Notes: a model not told the origin generated them from the letters alone. 64,000 bases of DNA from Promethearchaeota archaeon (GCA_008080735.1 SHMW01000014.1:1-64000), one strand, 5' to 3'. Counted from the stretch's first letter, positions 29,304 to 40,425 are shown. Translations and numbers: made by a program.

Positions 29304-30056
29304 TTAGGTTTTGCCATATTTTTTAAAGATTAGAATTCCAGCAATCACTATTATGATGCTGAAAATTGAGACTATGGCAAGATTTGACCATATCGAGATG
29401 TCAGTTAGTACTGTTCCGCTCAGTATCTTAGTAATAGATTCGGTAACATAATAACTTGGCAATACCATTGCTATTATCTGGGTGGTGCTAGTTATTGGAA
29501 TAAAGGTTCCAAAAAACATCTGAGGTAAGATAAAAATGAACGCCAGTCCTGTTGCGGTTCCAGAATTTTTTGAAATGGTGGCGGTTATGAGTCCTAAACC
29601 TACTGAACAGATCGAAAGAATAGCAATAAACACAAAAGATAAGCTTATTCCAATAAGATGTGCTTCTGAACGGTATCCTATTAAGAAAGATGTGAGTGCC
29701 ACTATCGCTACTTGAAGCATCGAAAGAATTGTATTAGAGACAAGATGACTTCCCATGAATTCTGAAGAAGTGGTAGGCGTAAGATTAATTCTCTTCAAAA
29801 GTCCCGTTTCTCTATCGTCAGTAAAAGTCTGAGCAACCGTCATTATTATAAATATACACGCATATGCGTATAATCCTGGAACCATAAGCTCGAATTGATT
29901 TTTACCTGGTATTGCGGATTCTATCTCTGAAAAACCTAATCCAAATGTCAAAGTTAATGCCGCAGGGAATAATAGCATCAAAAAAAGATAGGCAGGTTCT
30001 CTAATCATCTTTTTTAATTCCATTAATGTGAGGGCAAATAGTTTTCGCATTTTCAT
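29304..30056 (-). CDS. ABC-2 type transporter permease
   Basis: Six TMs; DRETGLLKRINLTP; adjacent ATPase. Confidence 0.9.
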   Translation of the reverse strand: MKMRKLFALTLMELKKMIREPAYLFLMLLFPAALTLTFGLGFSEIESAIPGKNQFELMVPGLYAYACIFIIMTVAQTFTDDRETGLLKRINLTPTTSSEFMGSHLVSNTILSMLQVAIVALTSFLIGYRSEAHLIGISLSFVFIAILSICSVGLGLITATISKNSGTATGLAFIFILPQMFFGTFIPITSTTQIIAMVLPSYYVTESITKILSGTVLTDISIWSNLAIVSIFSIIIVIAGILIFKKYGKT

Positions 30057-30057
30057 T

Positions 30058-30837
30058 TTAGATCCCCTCCAATATTCTTCTACCAGTTATCTCTAAAAAG
30101 ACCTCCTCAAGATTTTTCGCATTATATCTTTCTAACAAAATTTGGGGTGGTCCTAAAGCTATTAATTCGCCATAATCGATAATTGCGATGGTATCACTCA
30201 AAGCTTCCGCCTCCTCAATATAATGGGTCGTTAAAATAACCGTCTTATTGCGTTCTTTAAGAGAGGATATAAACTTCCACACATTTCTGCGCGCTCGAGG
30301 ATCCATTCCAACAGTGGGCTCATCAAGGAAAACTATCTCTGGATTCCCGATCAAAGCCATGAGCATATTTAATATTCTTAACATTCCTCCACTGTATGTT
30401 TTTGCCTTTCTTTTGCTTTCTTCAACGAAATTAATTGATTTTAGAAGGAAATCGGTTCTTTCTCTTATCTCTTGTTTCTTTAAATCATATAGAACTCCAA
30501 ATAACTCGATATTTTCTCTACCTGTAAGGAATTTATAAACGGCTTCATGTTGGGGACATACTCCAATTAGATTTTTAATTCTTCTCAGATCTTTTTTTAT
30601 ATTGTAGCCATTTACAAAAATTTCACCTTCAGTTGGTTTTAGTAAACCATTTAGCATATTGATAGTAGTCGTCTTGCCAGCACCATTTGGACCTAATAGA
30701 CCGAATACCTCCCCCCTTCTAATTTTTAAAGAAAGGTTATTCACAGCTTCCAAATCTCCATATTTTTTGGTCAAATTACTAATCTCAATTGCCATTTCTG
30801 GCATAGATTTTTCTTGTTTACTTTTCGTTTGAGACAT
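30058..30837 (-). CDS. ABC transporter ATP-binding protein (DrrA-like)
   Basis: GPNGAGKTT; YSGGM; LDEPT; TTHY. Confidence 0.95.
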   Translation of the reverse strand: MSQTKSKQEKSMPEMAIEISNLTKKYGDLEAVNNLSLKIRRGEVFGLLGPNGAGKTTTINMLNGLLKPTEGEIFVNGYNIKKDLRRIKNLIGVCPQHEAVYKFLTGRENIELFGVLYDLKKQEIRERTDFLLKSINFVEESKRKAKTYSGGMLRILNMLMALIGNPEIVFLDEPTVGMDPRARRNVWKFISSLKERNKTVILTTHYIEEAEALSDTIAIIDYGELIALGPPQILLERYNAKNLEEVFLEITGRRILEGI

Positions 30838-31016
30838 TTCTAATTATTATTAAGTTTTTTATACTATTGATAAAATAGTATTGAATATACTTAAGAGATT
30901 TTGAGTCCAATTTTTATTCATTGGCATTTAAGATTATAAAATTCAAAAATAAAATTTGTACTTAATTCCCTATGAAAATATAAATATTTAATTAGTTGTT
31001 GAAATAAAAGTTTACT

Positions 31017-31550
31017 ATGTACTTTCCTAAATTATCGGAATGGCCATCGGCTAAGATTTTAAAGCGAATTATTATCGGTGCGGTAATTCTTCTCATCATT
31101 GTATATCCTTTTATGAGCTGGTATTTTATGGTATCTGCATTTCCAGTTGGGTTCTTTGAAAGTCAATTGTCGTTTAATGGAGAGATTCTGAAGATATATT
31201 ATAGTACAACTAATATAGACCTATATAGAATTGGACAACTACTAGATTATGGATTTATGGTAAGTTATGGACTACTATTTTTTTCTGTTTCACTAATTAT
31301 CGCACGGAAATTTGAAAATGAATCGAAAGGAAGACAAGTGGGATCTATCATTGCATTGATCGGTGTATTCGCCGCAATATGTGACGGAATTGAGAATTTA
31401 TTTATTCTTATTATGCTCGTTGACCCTCTCGGATTTCCGAATATTATCGCAATTATCCACTCGGTATTCGCCCTCATTAAATATGTCTGTTTTATTCCTG
31501 CCTTGGGATATATAATAATTGCTGGTCTGGTGCAATTGATTAAAAAATAA
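31017..31550 (+). CDS. Hypothetical four-TM membrane protein
   Basis: Hydrophobic helices; LDYGFM and CDGIEN motifs. Confidence 0.7.
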   Translation: MYFPKLSEWPSAKILKRIIIGAVILLIIVYPFMSWYFMVSAFPVGFFESQLSFNGEILKIYYSTTNIDLYRIGQLLDYGFMVSYGLLFFSVSLIIARKFENESKGRQVGSIIALIGVFAAICDGIENLFILIMLVDPLGFPNIIAIIHSVFALIKYVCFIPALGYIIIAGLVQLIKK

Positions 31551-31615
31551 TTTTCACTACTTTTTTCTTTTTTTGAAAGGTCTAATAGAGTGAGGAGAAC
31601 TAAGAAAAGCCTTAT

Positions 31616-32184
31616 TTATTTAAATGATTCAATGGCAATCTGACCATGATATTCATCAGCATGGACTATAGTATATGCCCATCCCGCCGCGCAATGTTCC
31701 GCCGGCATTAATCCGTCATATCCAGGATTGCCTCCTTGAGTCTGAAATTCCTCTGCCGTCATTCCGAATTTAGGGGCTAATGACATAGTTGCCTCTTGGA
31801 GACCTGGAGTATCCACCATTCAAGGCCCAAACGTAAGCAAAAATCCTTTGTTTCGTCTAATACCCCGGCTAATGATTCGCCAATCGAAGTTAAGACCGCT
31901 CTACTAGCAAAATAGGGTGTCATAAAGGGAGTACCCCCGCCAGAAGTTGTATTCACAATAACTCCTTGATTTTGTTGCAGTATATAGGGTAGGAATGTTT
32001 TAATCGCAAAAATGGCGCCTCTGATATTTACGCTATAGGTTTTGTCCCAGATATCCATCGGTAATACTCTGATTTCCCCTGCTGTATAAATAATGGCGTT
32101 GCTTCTGCTGGAATTTCAACGAGATTTTTCTCTTAGTATTGACCAACCAAATACATACTTCTCGCCTTTTACTAATTGTTGCAT
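31616..32184 (-). pseudogene. Fragmented short-chain dehydrogenase/reductase
   Basis: NAIIYTAG..., WDKTYSVNIRGA, degenerate YFASR, then a frameshift to ..VDTPG..; Rossmann N-terminus missing and an in-frame stop present. Confidence 0.75.
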
Positions 32185-32358
32185 ACGATCCTCTTCTATT
32201 TTATATTAATCTTAATGAGAAAATTTTTTCCTTAATAAAATTGAACTCAAGTTGTCATAATTCTTTGACATGATAAAGAAAGGAAAAAATCTTTGAGTTT
32301 AAGAATGTAGATCAATATAAATACTTAAAACATCTTATTTTCAAGAATGTGAATTATT

Positions 32359-32631
32359 GTGATTCTAAAATTAAAATGTGGATTCGCTCAAGGTATTAAA
32401 GAGAGTTCAAATCATCATATCTTGTTGATCGAACGAGATTCTACGATTGAGGATGATTTGAAGGCTCTTTTTAAATTTTTTAAAGACAGCATTGAGATCT
32501 CCAAAATTAGGCGTTTGCATAAATATTACAAGATAAAATCATCTAATCTAGCCATAATTATCTCCCTTCTCTCAACCATCTTGGAACTTATCCCAGAAGC
32601 AGTTGTTGTCAATGAACCTAGTATAGTGTAA
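32359..32631 (+). CDS. Small hypothetical protein
   Basis: 90-aa ORF with GTGAA SD 5 nt upstream and T-tract downstream. Confidence 0.6.
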   Translation: MILKLKCGFAQGIKESSNHHILLIERDSTIEDDLKALFKFFKDSIEISKIRRLHKYYKIKSSNLAIIISLLSTILELIPEAVVVNEPSIV

Positions 32632-32720
32632 TTAATTTTTTTCCTTACGTATACAAAACTCTTTCAAAATTTTTAATTATTAACGAAATTTACTAAGTTT
32701 AAAACTTTAGAAGAGTAATT

Positions 32721-33602
32721 ATGAAATTCGCAACAGTTAAACAGAAAAATCAAGAAATTGCCGCTCTAGTGGTGGGAGATCATTTCTTTCCAATCCCACA
32801 AATAAATACAACCTTATCTACAGATTGGTATAATACATTAGGAGAGATTTTGGAGCACAATCAACTTGATAAATTGATTTCTTGGTTTAATAGGACTGGA
32901 AGAGAATATTTAGAAAATACCAATGATTTAGGACAGCCGTTATCAGATATTAACTTTTCTCCGCTATATCGACACCCACATAAGATATGGGGTATTGGAC
33001 TCAATTATCGAGACCATGCTGAAGATTTATTGGAAAAAACTCCTTCCTTGATTCCCGCAAGTTTTATGAAATCTGATACCACCATCATCGGCCCAAATGA
33101 TACTATATTCATCCCAACACAATCCAGTAAAACTACGGGTGAGGCTGAGTTGGGCGTAATTATTAAAAAAAAATGTAAAAATATTCCGCGTGAAGATTGG
33201 TTGGAGGTAGTAGCAGGCTTTACCACGATTATCGATATGACCGCCGAGGATATACTCAGAAAAAATCCAAGATACCTCACGTTATCCAAAAATTTTGATA
33301 CCTTCTTTAGTTTTGGACCACTTTTAATAACGCCAGACGAGTTTGCAGATATTATGGATTTATCGATAGCGACAGTTATTAATGGGGAGGTTCACGCGAA
33401 AAATACGCTTTCAAATATGACCTTTCCCCCCGATTTTTTAGTGTCATTTCATTCCGAGATTATGACATTATTACCAGGAGACATTATTTCTACTGGCACT
33501 CCGAGAGCGGTTCAATTGCGTGATGGGGATATCATTGAATGCCAGATTGACGGATTTATGTCTCTGAAAAATCCTGTAAAAGATTTAAAAAATTTCCAAT
33601 GA
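32721..33602 (+). CDS. Fumarylacetoacetate hydrolase family protein
   Basis: GIGLNYRDHA; EAELGVII; DMTAED; PGDIISTGTP. Confidence 0.92.
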   Translation: MKFATVKQKNQEIAALVVGDHFFPIPQINTTLSTDWYNTLGEILEHNQLDKLISWFNRTGREYLENTNDLGQPLSDINFSPLYRHPHKIWGIGLNYRDHAEDLLEKTPSLIPASFMKSDTTIIGPNDTIFIPTQSSKTTGEAELGVIIKKKCKNIPREDWLEVVAGFTTIIDMTAEDILRKNPRYLTLSKNFDTFFSFGPLLITPDEFADIMDLSIATVINGEVHAKNTLSNMTFPPDFLVSFHSEIMTLLPGDIISTGTPRAVQLRDGDIIECQIDGFMSLKNPVKDLKNFQ

Positions 33603-33652
33603 TTCTCATTAATGGTCATTCTTTAAATTGACCAAACTCGATAACACAAGAA

Positions 33653-33726
33653 TGGGAGGGACGGGATTCGAACCCGCGGCCTCCTGGTCCCAAACCAGGA
33701 ATCATACCAAGCTAGACTACCCTCCC
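33653..33726 (-). tRNA. tRNA-Pro(TGG), intronless, CCA not encoded
   Basis: Minus strand GGGAGGG...CCTGG TT TGG GA CCAGG...GCGGGTTCGAATCCCGT CCCTCCC A forms a full cloverleaf. Confidence 0.96.
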
Positions 33727-33925
33727 ATTTAATAGAAAGAGTATAAATAGAACCATTCTTAAATTTGTATAGAATATTTAATATTTTGTAGGTTTTTAAT
33801 TTTGTTATTCATATTCCTTAACAAGCAGAATCTTGAAAAAGAGAATAGATAATTTGAAAATTCGAAGAAAAAATCATACTAAAAATTTTTTTATTATCAA
33901 TTATTTATAATAAAGCCGAGTAGAT

Positions 33926-34573
33926 ATGAGAAAACGAAATAAGGAAAATAGAGATTATATTATCCCCACATTTGATATAAACTCAGAAGGCTTTATACTC
34001 TGCAAAGATCATTCACAATATGAAAATCTTAAAACTTCTGCTTATGATTTTTTTCTGAATTTTTTAACTTTCAAACATCTAACTTGTAAATCATGTCAAA
34101 ACTTTAAAAATGACAAGTGTTATTTTCCGCAATCTGACCTCATTAAAATATCGGATGATTTAACCGTTTTTCAAAATCCCTTTATTTGTCAATTCTGTGG
34201 GCGAAAAGTTAGAAATCTATTCACTATTCTTAATAAGTTTAAAAAGGAGCGAGTTTCGAATCAAGTTTCGTCATTAATTTGTTATCGATGCCAAAAGATA
34301 CTTTTGATGGATAATCCTAAAAAAGGATTTATAGATTCTGCGAAACTTACTGCTATGTATTCAATAATAAATTTTTTTGGTATTTTAGGTGTTTTTTTCT
34401 TTTTTCCCCTTTTCCTACGTCTTCCTATGCTGATAGATTCATTTCTTATAAGTCTCATCATCGTGTCTATTATGTTCTACTTTTTTATTCATTATGGAAG
34501 CTTATCATTGAAATACTTAAAAATTGTAAACAATTATGAGATTAATTTCTCAGAATTCAAATCTTTAAAATAA
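33926..34573 (+). CDS. Zinc-finger membrane protein
   Basis: CKDH, CKSC-x6-C, CQFC, CYRC followed by two TM helices. Confidence 0.7.
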   Translation: MRKRNKENRDYIIPTFDINSEGFILCKDHSQYENLKTSAYDFFLNFLTFKHLTCKSCQNFKNDKCYFPQSDLIKISDDLTVFQNPFICQFCGRKVRNLFTILNKFKKERVSNQVSSLICYRCQKILLMDNPKKGFIDSAKLTAMYSIINFFGILGVFFFFPLFLRLPMLIDSFLISLIIVSIMFYFFIHYGSLSLKYLKIVNNYEINFSEFKSLK

Positions 34574-34642
34574 TTTTAGACTTGCACTTCTAGTCAGCTT
34601 TAATATAACAATCTAAAGGTTGAAAATATGTAGAATAAATTT

Positions 34643-35647
34643 TCAAAGATATCGTTTCTGGAATCCTTCGTAAAGTCTTTCTGCCACATCAATAATATAA
34701 TTCCTATTTTTAATAAAAGAAAGTAGCTCATCGGGAATATTACTATATCCATAATAAGTACCAAGAAGGGCTCCTCCAATGGCGCCCACCGTATCTGTAT
34801 CTCCTCCTGCAGTCACAAGTTCAAACACACACTCCTCCAGAGATGTATATTTTTTTAAAAACATAAAAAGAGAACAAATCATCGTGCTAAGGGCATATGG
34901 ATGCACAAATGCCTTACCCAAATATTGTTCAATAAAATAAGGAGATTTTACACCTAACTGAGAGAATTTTATAAGTCCAGACTCTATAGTGAGGTCCAGA
35001 TTATTTCTTAAAAGATCCACTCCTTCAGAAAATTCTCTCCACTCAGCCTTTTGAGAATTTAGGGTGGTCACGATTATACTGTCCAAAAAATCATCAACAT
35101 CTAAGCCACTTTCAATTGATTGATATGTTAAGTATGAGACTGCTTTTGCCATCATTCGTGCTCCTGCTGTCGCGGCGGGATGAGAATGTGTTAGTAAACT
35201 TTGTGCGTCAGCGGATTCCAAGAGTTTTTCTAAATCATTGCAATAGAACAAACCTATGGGAGAAACTCTCATTAAAGTCCCATTTCCTCCACTTTTTGAT
35301 GCCGCCTTTTGCCATGATATTCCATACTTCAATTTTTTAATCGATGTCAAACATCCGTATCCAGGACCTATCGGAGGATCTTCTAGCCATTTAACAAATT
35401 CTTTAATGAGATATTCCATATTAAACCCCCCTCCTTTTATTAACGCTTCGGCTAAATGAAGTGTTAACTGTGTATCGTCTGTATAGGATGAGAACTTCTT
35501 TTTATTTTTCCAGAGAAAATCTTCAAAAAATTCAAATTTTGAACGGATCTTTTCCCTCAACTTCCCCTCAAAAGGACGCCCCAACGTATCTCCTATCGCA
35601 ACTCCTATTAAACATCCTTTAAACTTATCTAAAAAATTTTTTTCCAT
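34643..35647 (-). CDS. ADP-ribosylglycohydrolase family protein
   Basis: GDTLG, YTDDTQ, GNGTLMR, THSHP, GGDTDT. Confidence 0.93.
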   Translation of the reverse strand: MEKNFLDKFKGCLIGVAIGDTLGRPFEGKLREKIRSKFEFFEDFLWKNKKKFSSYTDDTQLTLHLAEALIKGGGFNMEYLIKEFVKWLEDPPIGPGYGCLTSIKKLKYGISWQKAASKSGGNGTLMRVSPIGLFYCNDLEKLLESADAQSLLTHSHPAATAGARMMAKAVSYLTYQSIESGLDVDDFLDSIIVTTLNSQKAEWREFSEGVDLLRNNLDLTIESGLIKFSQLGVKSPYFIEQYLGKAFVHPYALSTMICSLFMFLKKYTSLEECVFELVTAGGDTDTVGAIGGALLGTYYGYSNIPDELLSFIKNRNYIIDVAERLYEGFQKRYL

Positions 35648-35684
35648 ATCGAAGAAGATTAGTGTTGACTATATTTCATAAGAA

Positions 35685-36062
35685 TTAAATGTGTTTGTGA
35701 GTTGCCATATTTTTAATATACTCAATAAGCACTTCTAAACTAAAAGGTTTCTCAAGAAATCCTAGAATGCCAAGCTTTAAGGCTTCTTGCTTTACGGTTT
35801 TATCTGCGCTAGCAAAAATAATATTTGCGTTTTGTTCTATTGACAAAATCTCTTTAGTGGCTTTCAATCCATCTTTCACGGGCATTCTATGATCCATTAA
35901 TATAATGTCTGGTTTTCGTTCGAACGCTTTAAATTTTTGAACTGCTTCTTCTCCATTACTTGCCGTACCTGCAACCTCGAATCCATATAAATCCAAAAAT
36001 TTCTTATAAAGGGTTTGAATGGATTTGTCGTCTTCGACGATAAATACGCTAACCAGAATCAC
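35685..36062 (-). CDS. Stand-alone response regulator receiver (CheY-like); start possibly CTG 36056
   Basis: VEDD; PDIILMDHRMPVKDG; FASA; KPF. Confidence 0.93.
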   Translation of the reverse strand: MILVSVFIVEDDKSIQTLYKKFLDLYGFEVAGTASNGEEAVQKFKAFERKPDIILMDHRMPVKDGLKATKEILSIEQNANIIFASADKTVKQEALKLGILGFLEKPFSLEVLIEYIKNMATHKHI

Positions 36063-36396
36063 ATCACCCGAGACATTTTTTAACGTGTTTGTTATATTCT
36101 TTAAGATGAATATTATGCTTGATATTTATTTTAGAACCCCCAACAAATACAAAGCCTTACCTCTTCTAAATATTCTATATTGGACCAAATGCTATTAAAC
36201 AATATAAAAGATATTCCTTTTAAATTTAGTTTAATTAAAAAATCACGCATTGAAATCATTCCCACCTCATAAACAAAAAATAAACACTTTCATCTCTAAT
36301 AATCATTAATCTTAGGTACTATAAAAATATAAAATAGGAGATATTTAATTTTAATCATATTGAAAAAATCAAAGAAAAAAAAGATTCGTTTCAAAA

Positions 36397-37950
36397 CTAA
36401 AGAAAGGGCTCCATTTCTGGAAAACGAAGCAAAAATCGAGTTCCTTGGGTGGGATCTTGCTCAAATCTGTTTTTAATTATGATTTTCCCACTAAATTTTT
36501 CTACAATTGCTTTGATTAGCATAAAACCTAATCCAATCCCCTCATATCGATTGTAATTAATGCTTTTTTGTGAAATATCATCTATCAATTTTTGGGGAAT
36601 TCCAACTCCATTATCTACAAATTCGATGTTTATGAATTTACCATCATTATTGATAACTTTCGATATATTAATTTGAATTTCTATTAGATCATTTTTGTTA
36701 TGTAATACAGAGTTTAGAAGAAGATTATAGAACAAATGTTCTATTAAATTATTACCTTTTATAAAATAGTTTTTTTCCCCTTGATCCATAATTATTGCAA
36801 CATTTTGATTATACTTTATATTATTTCTGAGTTTTTTAATTGATTTTTTTAAATAATCAAAAAGATTGATGGGAATAAATCTATCTGACTTTTCTTCTAA
36901 TTTTGATAGAATATCCACGTTTGTACTTAAATTTCCCCCTCTGACGACTTGTTTCTCAATAATCTTAAGAATCTCTGTGAAATGTTCCGATTTATAAGTG
37001 TCGTTCGAATAAAAATCCAATAATTCCATTGATGTGCAAATATTTTGGAGGATATTATTGATATCATGAGAAAAGATATCGCGATACAAATCTATTTGGG
37101 TATATGCCTCTCTATAGCTTCTCTGGGATTTTTCTAACCGCTTCTTAGTACGGATCTCTTCTGTAATATCATCAATCGTACTGATGATATTCACCAATTC
37201 ATTACTATCATCAAATAATGGCACGGAATTAATTGAGAGATATTTTAATTCTCCAGATGAATTTTTAATACAATGTTGAATGTTAAGGGCTGGTTTTTTT
37301 GTTGTCAAAACTCGGTTATACGGTAATTTCTCTTCTGGAAATGGATTGCCATTAAAATCGGTAATAAACCAATCTTCAGAATTATATTGTCGTTTTAAAA
37401 CTTCGTTTTTATTAATACCGAAAATTTCTCCTGCACGCTTGTTAGAAAATACAATATTTCCCTCAATATCTAAAACCGTAATAGCTATAGGGCTTGTGTC
37501 AGTGATTTTATGCATTAATTTTGTTCTATTTAACAGCTCTTTTTCTAAATCTGTCCATTCAGTGATGTTTATTGTATATTCTATCGCCCCAATTATATTT
37601 CCATCCTTACCTTTAACGGGATAACCTTTAATTAACCAGCCTCTTCCATCATAGGTGGTTTGTTGCCCTATTTCTGACTTGCCAGATTCTAACGCGGCTT
37701 CTACGGGGCAATTCTCGCAAGAAGTCTTACTCTTTGCCCACACTTTATAACATTTCTTGCCTATTATATCGCTTAGGTTGACATGTATCGAGTCGGTAGC
37801 GACTTTATTTGCCCATAGAATCCTGTGGGCTTTATCTTGAAAAACTGTATGCTCAATAAGGTTGTGAAGTATCTGTTCATCTTTTAGATTAAAAAAATTC
37901 CTATCTTCTGAATGGTTTCCTTTTTGGTCAGTTGGTTTAATATACTTCAC
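36397..37950 (-). CDS. PAS sensor histidine kinase (Cys-containing PAS)
   Basis: GKKCY..W.....CENCP PAS plus a second PAS; HDINNILQN; DNGVGI; GIGLG. Confidence 0.92.
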   Translation of the reverse strand: MKYIKPTDQKGNHSEDRNFFNLKDEQILHNLIEHTVFQDKAHRILWANKVATDSIHVNLSDIIGKKCYKVWAKSKTSCENCPVEAALESGKSEIGQQTTYDGRGWLIKGYPVKGKDGNIIGAIEYTINITEWTDLEKELLNRTKLMHKITDTSPIAITVLDIEGNIVFSNKRAGEIFGINKNEVLKRQYNSEDWFITDFNGNPFPEEKLPYNRVLTTKKPALNIQHCIKNSSGELKYLSINSVPLFDDSNELVNIISTIDDITEEIRTKKRLEKSQRSYREAYTQIDLYRDIFSHDINNILQNICTSMELLDFYSNDTYKSEHFTEILKIIEKQVVRGGNLSTNVDILSKLEEKSDRFIPINLFDYLKKSIKKLRNNIKYNQNVAIIMDQGEKNYFIKGNNLIEHLFYNLLLNSVLHNKNDLIEIQINISKVINNDGKFINIEFVDNGVGIPQKLIDDISQKSINYNRYEGIGLGFMLIKAIVEKFSGKIIIKNRFEQDPTQGTRFLLRFPEMEPFL

Positions 37951-38100
37951 CCAAGAATCACTTTTTAGTCAAGCTTCACAGCCCAATATAAATAAATGTA
38001 CATACTAAATATTAAAAGTTAATTCTTACAAATTAATAATCGAAATCAAGAAAAATTATTTCCTACTATTAATTATAATATTAAAATTAAGTGAGAAACG

Positions 38101-39351
38101 ATGAATGATTTAGGTCCGAAAAAAAAGACATACAAAAACATTCTGCTTATGTACTCCGGCGGATTGGATACCAGCACGATTCTAAAGTGGCTCCAAGAAA
38201 ACTATAATGCTGATGTATATACATTTACCGCAGATTTGGGCCAAGAATTTGCCGATCCCACGAGGTTTAAGGAAATTGAAGAAAAGGCGAAAAAGTTAGG
38301 TGCTAAAAAACATTTCACTGTTGATTTAAAAGATATATTTTTCAAAGAGTATATTGTGCCTACAATTAAAGCTAATGGGTTATATCAAGGAATATATCCC
38401 TTAAGTACAGCAGTTGGCAGACCATTAATCGCAATTGAAGCTGTAAAAATTGCGAAGAATGAAAATATTGAAGCATTAGCTCATGGCTGTACGGGAAAGG
38501 GGAACGATCAAATCAGAATTAATACGACGGCTAATGCCTATGCACCTGAAATTGAAGTGCTGCAACCACTTATTGAATGGAATATGGGTCGCGACGAGGA
38601 GATAAAATATGCTGAGCAACACGGTATTCAAATTCAAAATCAAAATAAAAAGTATAGTACAGATGAAAATCTATTCGGTAGGAGCGCAGAGTGTGATATT
38701 TTAGAGCATCCAGAAATAGAACCTCCTGAGGATTCGAAAGCATGGACAGTTGCTCCAGAAAAGGCACCCAATACCGCCGAATACATTACTATAAATTTTG
38801 AAGAGGGTATTCCAGTAGGTTTAAACGGTGAAATGATGAATGGAGTTGAATTGATAAGACAATTGCATGAAATAGGATGTAAACATGGAATCGGACGGAT
38901 TGAACATATGGAAGATAGAGCCATTGGATTAAAATCCCGAGAAACATATGAGGTTCCAGCTGCACTAATTCTAATAAAAGCTCATAAGGATTTAGAGAAA
39001 TATGTTTGCACCAAACATGAAAACTCCTTTAAACAATTGGTAGATCAGAGATGGACAGAATTAGCATATGAAGGATTATGGGTTGACCCCCTAAGAGAAG
39101 CACTTGAGGCTTTTATTAATGAGATCAATATGAAAGTGACGGGAAGCGTCAAGGTTAAATTATTCAAGGGATCAGCAAACGTGGTCGCACGAGAGTCACC
39201 CTATGGCATTTATGATCTAAACTTAGCTACATACGACACTGACAGTTCATTCAACCAGAAATTAAGCTATGGGTTTATTCCTTTATGGGGGTTGCAAAGC
39301 CGGATGGGATTCATTACCAAACGAAAATTAAAACAAGAAAAAAAGAAATAA
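38101..39351 (+). CDS. argG: Argininosuccinate synthase
   Basis: YSGGLDTS; HGCTGKGNDQ; GLKSRETYE. Confidence 0.97.
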   Translation: MNDLGPKKKTYKNILLMYSGGLDTSTILKWLQENYNADVYTFTADLGQEFADPTRFKEIEEKAKKLGAKKHFTVDLKDIFFKEYIVPTIKANGLYQGIYPLSTAVGRPLIAIEAVKIAKNENIEALAHGCTGKGNDQIRINTTANAYAPEIEVLQPLIEWNMGRDEEIKYAEQHGIQIQNQNKKYSTDENLFGRSAECDILEHPEIEPPEDSKAWTVAPEKAPNTAEYITINFEEGIPVGLNGEMMNGVELIRQLHEIGCKHGIGRIEHMEDRAIGLKSRETYEVPAALILIKAHKDLEKYVCTKHENSFKQLVDQRWTELAYEGLWVDPLREALEAFINEINMKVTGSVKVKLFKGSANVVARESPYGIYDLNLATYDTDSSFNQKLSYGFIPLWGLQSRMGFITKRKLKQEKKK

Positions 39352-39516
39352 CTCCATTTCTATTATTATTATTTTCTCTTTTTATCTTCGATCTATAGTT
39401 CCAACCGAATAATTTTGCTAATTTTTATTCAAAAAAATGAATAACAATTTAAATTATCTCAAATATTTATATAAGAACAAAGAAAAGGAAACTATAATAC
39501 GAGAGGAAATATAGTT

Positions 39517-40425
39517 ATGAACCTAAAAAAATTATCAGAGTCATTGGGTATAACTTTCACCGCGATGATTACTCCGTTTAAAGAAGATATGGAAATAGAC
39601 GAGGAAAAGTATCGGGAATTCATTCGTTTCCAGATTGATAATGGATGCAACCCATTAACAATGGGGACTACTGGAGAGAGCGCAACCCTCTCACACGATG
39701 AACATCATAAAGCGATTGACATAACAATTGACGAAGCGAGAAAAAGCGCAAAAGATCCCTTCGTTTTAGCAGGTACTGGAAGTAACTCAACCAAAGAAGC
39801 AATTTCTTTAAGTCAATATGCTGAGAAAGCAGGCGCAGACGGATTATTAATAGTCGTCCCATATTATAACAAACCAGTACAACACTCACTTTATGACCAT
39901 TATGCTACCATCGCGGATGCGGTATCAACCCCAATTATTCTTTATAATGTTCCAAGTAGGACAGGTCGAAATTTAGAACCAGAAACAGTATCTAAATTGG
40001 CATATGCAAAAGAAAATATAGTAGGGATTAAATGTGCGAGTGGAGATATTCATCAGATTACCAGAATAATCAAATCTACTCCCGACGAATTTCTAGTTTT
40101 AAGTGGTGATGATCCCTTGACCTATCATTTGATGGCATTAGGCGGCAGAGGTGTCGTTAGTGTCGCATCAAACATCATTCCAAAACGGATATCGGAGTTT
40201 ATAAACTCAATGGGAGAAAATAATTGGATTAAAGCAAGACGAGAGCAATTGGAATTATATGATCTGTTTAAAATTCTATTTATAGAAACTAATCCTGGTC
40301 CAGTTAAATATGCGGCTGAATTAATAGGTATCATGGACGGTAGTATGAGATTACCTCTTACCCCTCCTTTAGACGAAAATAAAGAAAAAATAAAAGCAGT
40401 TTTAGACCAACTTAATTTAATTTAA
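39517..40425 (+). CDS. dapA: 4-hydroxy-tetrahydrodipicolinate synthase
   Basis: GTTGES; PYYNKP; YNVPSRTG; catalytic GIK; ETNPGPVK. Confidence 0.96.
   Translation: MNLKKLSESLGITFTAMITPFKEDMEIDEEKYREFIRFQIDNGCNPLTMGTTGESATLSHDEHHKAIDITIDEARKSAKDPFVLAGTGSNSTKEAISLSQYAEKAGADGLLIVVPYYNKPVQHSLYDHYATIADAVSTPIILYNVPSRTGRNLEPETVSKLAYAKENIVGIKCASGDIHQITRIIKSTPDEFLVLSGDDPLTYHLMALGGRGVVSVASNIIPKRISEFINSMGENNWIKARREQLELYDLFKILFIETNPGPVKYAAELIGIMDGSMRLPLTPPLDENKEKIKAVLDQLNLI

Noticed and set aside
33653-35647. tRNA-anchored integrated element
   Set aside because: No integrase, no duplicated tRNA 3' end (att site) and no phage or plasmid genes were seen.
36127-36164. 8-codon ORF (MYLLGVLK) with GAGGT SD upstream of the receiver gene
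   Set aside because: Too short to support without conservation or Ribo-seq data.
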